Of a stretch of DNA of 24,000 nucleotides, positions 23,359 through 24,000 are shown piece after piece (the first letter of the stretch is position 1; every line of letters begins with the position of its first letter). Location of the stretch: assembly GCA_038204345.1 (NCBI GenBank), contig JBBRDB010000006.1, positions 13,191-37,190 of the forward strand, in the 5' to 3' direction. This stretch comes from Thermoleophilia bacterium. Lineage in GTDB: Bacteria; Actinomycetota; Thermoleophilia; RBG-16-64-13. Made by a program: the position numbers and the translations under genes. The notes beneath the pieces are model-generated. The model ran no database searches and was not told the DNA's origin. It saw only the letters and a list, made by a program, of their open reading frames with translations.

Positions 23359-24000
23359 ATGAGGTACGTTGGTTCTGGTAGTCTTCGCCCCTTCAATCTT
23401 TTCCGGCCACGACCGGCTGAAGTTCCCACCAGAAACGGCCATTCCTCTTGGGAAAGGGCCTATCTCACACCCCTCCTTAGCGGGAGACTGTGCCGGGTAA
23501 TCGCCCTTTCTCTTGCCCTGCTCCTCCTCACTGAACCGGCTCTTATGACGGCAGCTCAAGCCGCTGAACTTGAGACCGGCACCACGGTAACAGAATCCAC
23601 GGAAACTAGCCTGGACCCTTCCGCAGGGGTAAGCCCTTCCGTGTCTGTGGAGGAGACAGCCAGCAGTGGGGGCGAAGCGACGACAAACACTCCCAGAGCT
23701 ACCTCACAGGCCGAACCTACGGTGGTACGGGAGCTGACCGAGGAGCGCAGCGAGACCTCAAAGACCTTTCTTCTCTCCGACGGAAGCAAGCAGGCCATAA
23801 TCAACCAGGAACCCGTGCATTTCCGCGATGAGGGCGGTCCCTGGCAGGAGATAAACAAGACCCTCGTCCCCCTGGACTCGGCCCGCTTCTATCTCTCCGG
23901 CTCATCCGAGGAGACCTACCAGTCCGCAGCCACGGCGGTAAAGGTCTTCATCTCAAATGAAACCTCAGCCACTCCGCCGGTCCGCCTCGAGTACGAAGGG
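23359..24000 (+). CDS. Large secreted protein, 5' part only (frame open to the window end); N-terminus resembles those of DNRLRE/RHS-type wall-associated proteins
   Basis: The frame is open from ATG 23359 to 24000 and is absent from the track because it has no stop. Signal-like segment: RVIALSLALLLLTEPALMTAAQAAE. A T/S/E-rich linker follows, then VRELTEERSETSKTFLLSDGSKQAIINQEPVHFRDEGGPWQEINKTLVP. That block resembles the N-terminal module I recall from very large Gram-positive surface or toxin proteins. The start codon is uncertain. Confidence 0.7.
   Translation, partial: MRYVGSGSLRPFNLFRPRPAEVPTRNGHSSWERAYLTPLLSGRLCRVIALSLALLLLTEPALMTAAQAAELETGTTVTESTETSLDPSAGVSPSVSVEETASSGGEATTNTPRATSQAEPTVVRELTEERSETSKTFLLSDGSKQAIINQEPVHFRDEGGPWQEINKTLVPLDSARFYLSGSSEETYQSAATAVKVFISNETSATPPVRLEYEG

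Noticed and set aside
1-24000. I looked for a CRISPR array, rRNA or tRNA genes.
   Set aside because: I saw no regularly spaced repeats of 25-40 nt. The only T-loop-like string (GGTTCGAGAGAACC, 4343-4356) lies inside the NlpC/P60 coding frame and has no acceptor or anticodon arms. I saw no rRNA-like conserved blocks.

Overview
This is a mosaic accessory region that looks like a high-GC Gram-positive (Actinomycetota-like) genome. That is an inference from GGAGG-type ribosome-binding sites and the IS families present; I ran no database search. Two kinds of sequence alternate. (1) Visibly AT-richer cargo genes, all on the + strand, mostly encode exported or envelope proteins. These include an NHL-like beta-propeller, an NlpC/P60 peptidase with a golvesin-like binding domain, lipoproteins, two secreted proteins of unknown function, an Amidase_6-type hydrolase, a DUF5050-like propeller lipoprotein, and the 5' end of a large secreted protein at the window edge. 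There is also a 4-TM protein followed by a DUF2188 fusion protein. (2) Very GC-rich insertion-sequence debris comes from at least four families: a 600-bp IS982-family remnant; an internally deleted IS3 element; three further IS3 fragments; and an IS21 element (istA carries an in-frame TAG) whose istB is split at its Walker-A codons by an apparently intact IS110-family element. An orphan 5' fragment of a type I R-M hsdM gene lies near the left end. I found no rRNA, tRNA or CRISPR array. The most interesting items are three. First, the nested IS110 has a 264-nt 5' leader with short matches to its own end and to the istB target, consistent with a bridge/seek-RNA. Second, a papain-fold wall hydrolase next to a beta-propeller envelope protein occurs twice. 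Third, there is an uncharacterised two-gene module (soluble domain plus 4 TM, then DUF2188 fusion) with a 12-nt direct repeat in its 27-nt spacer. All family assignments rest on motif recognition by eye and need HMM or BLAST confirmation.
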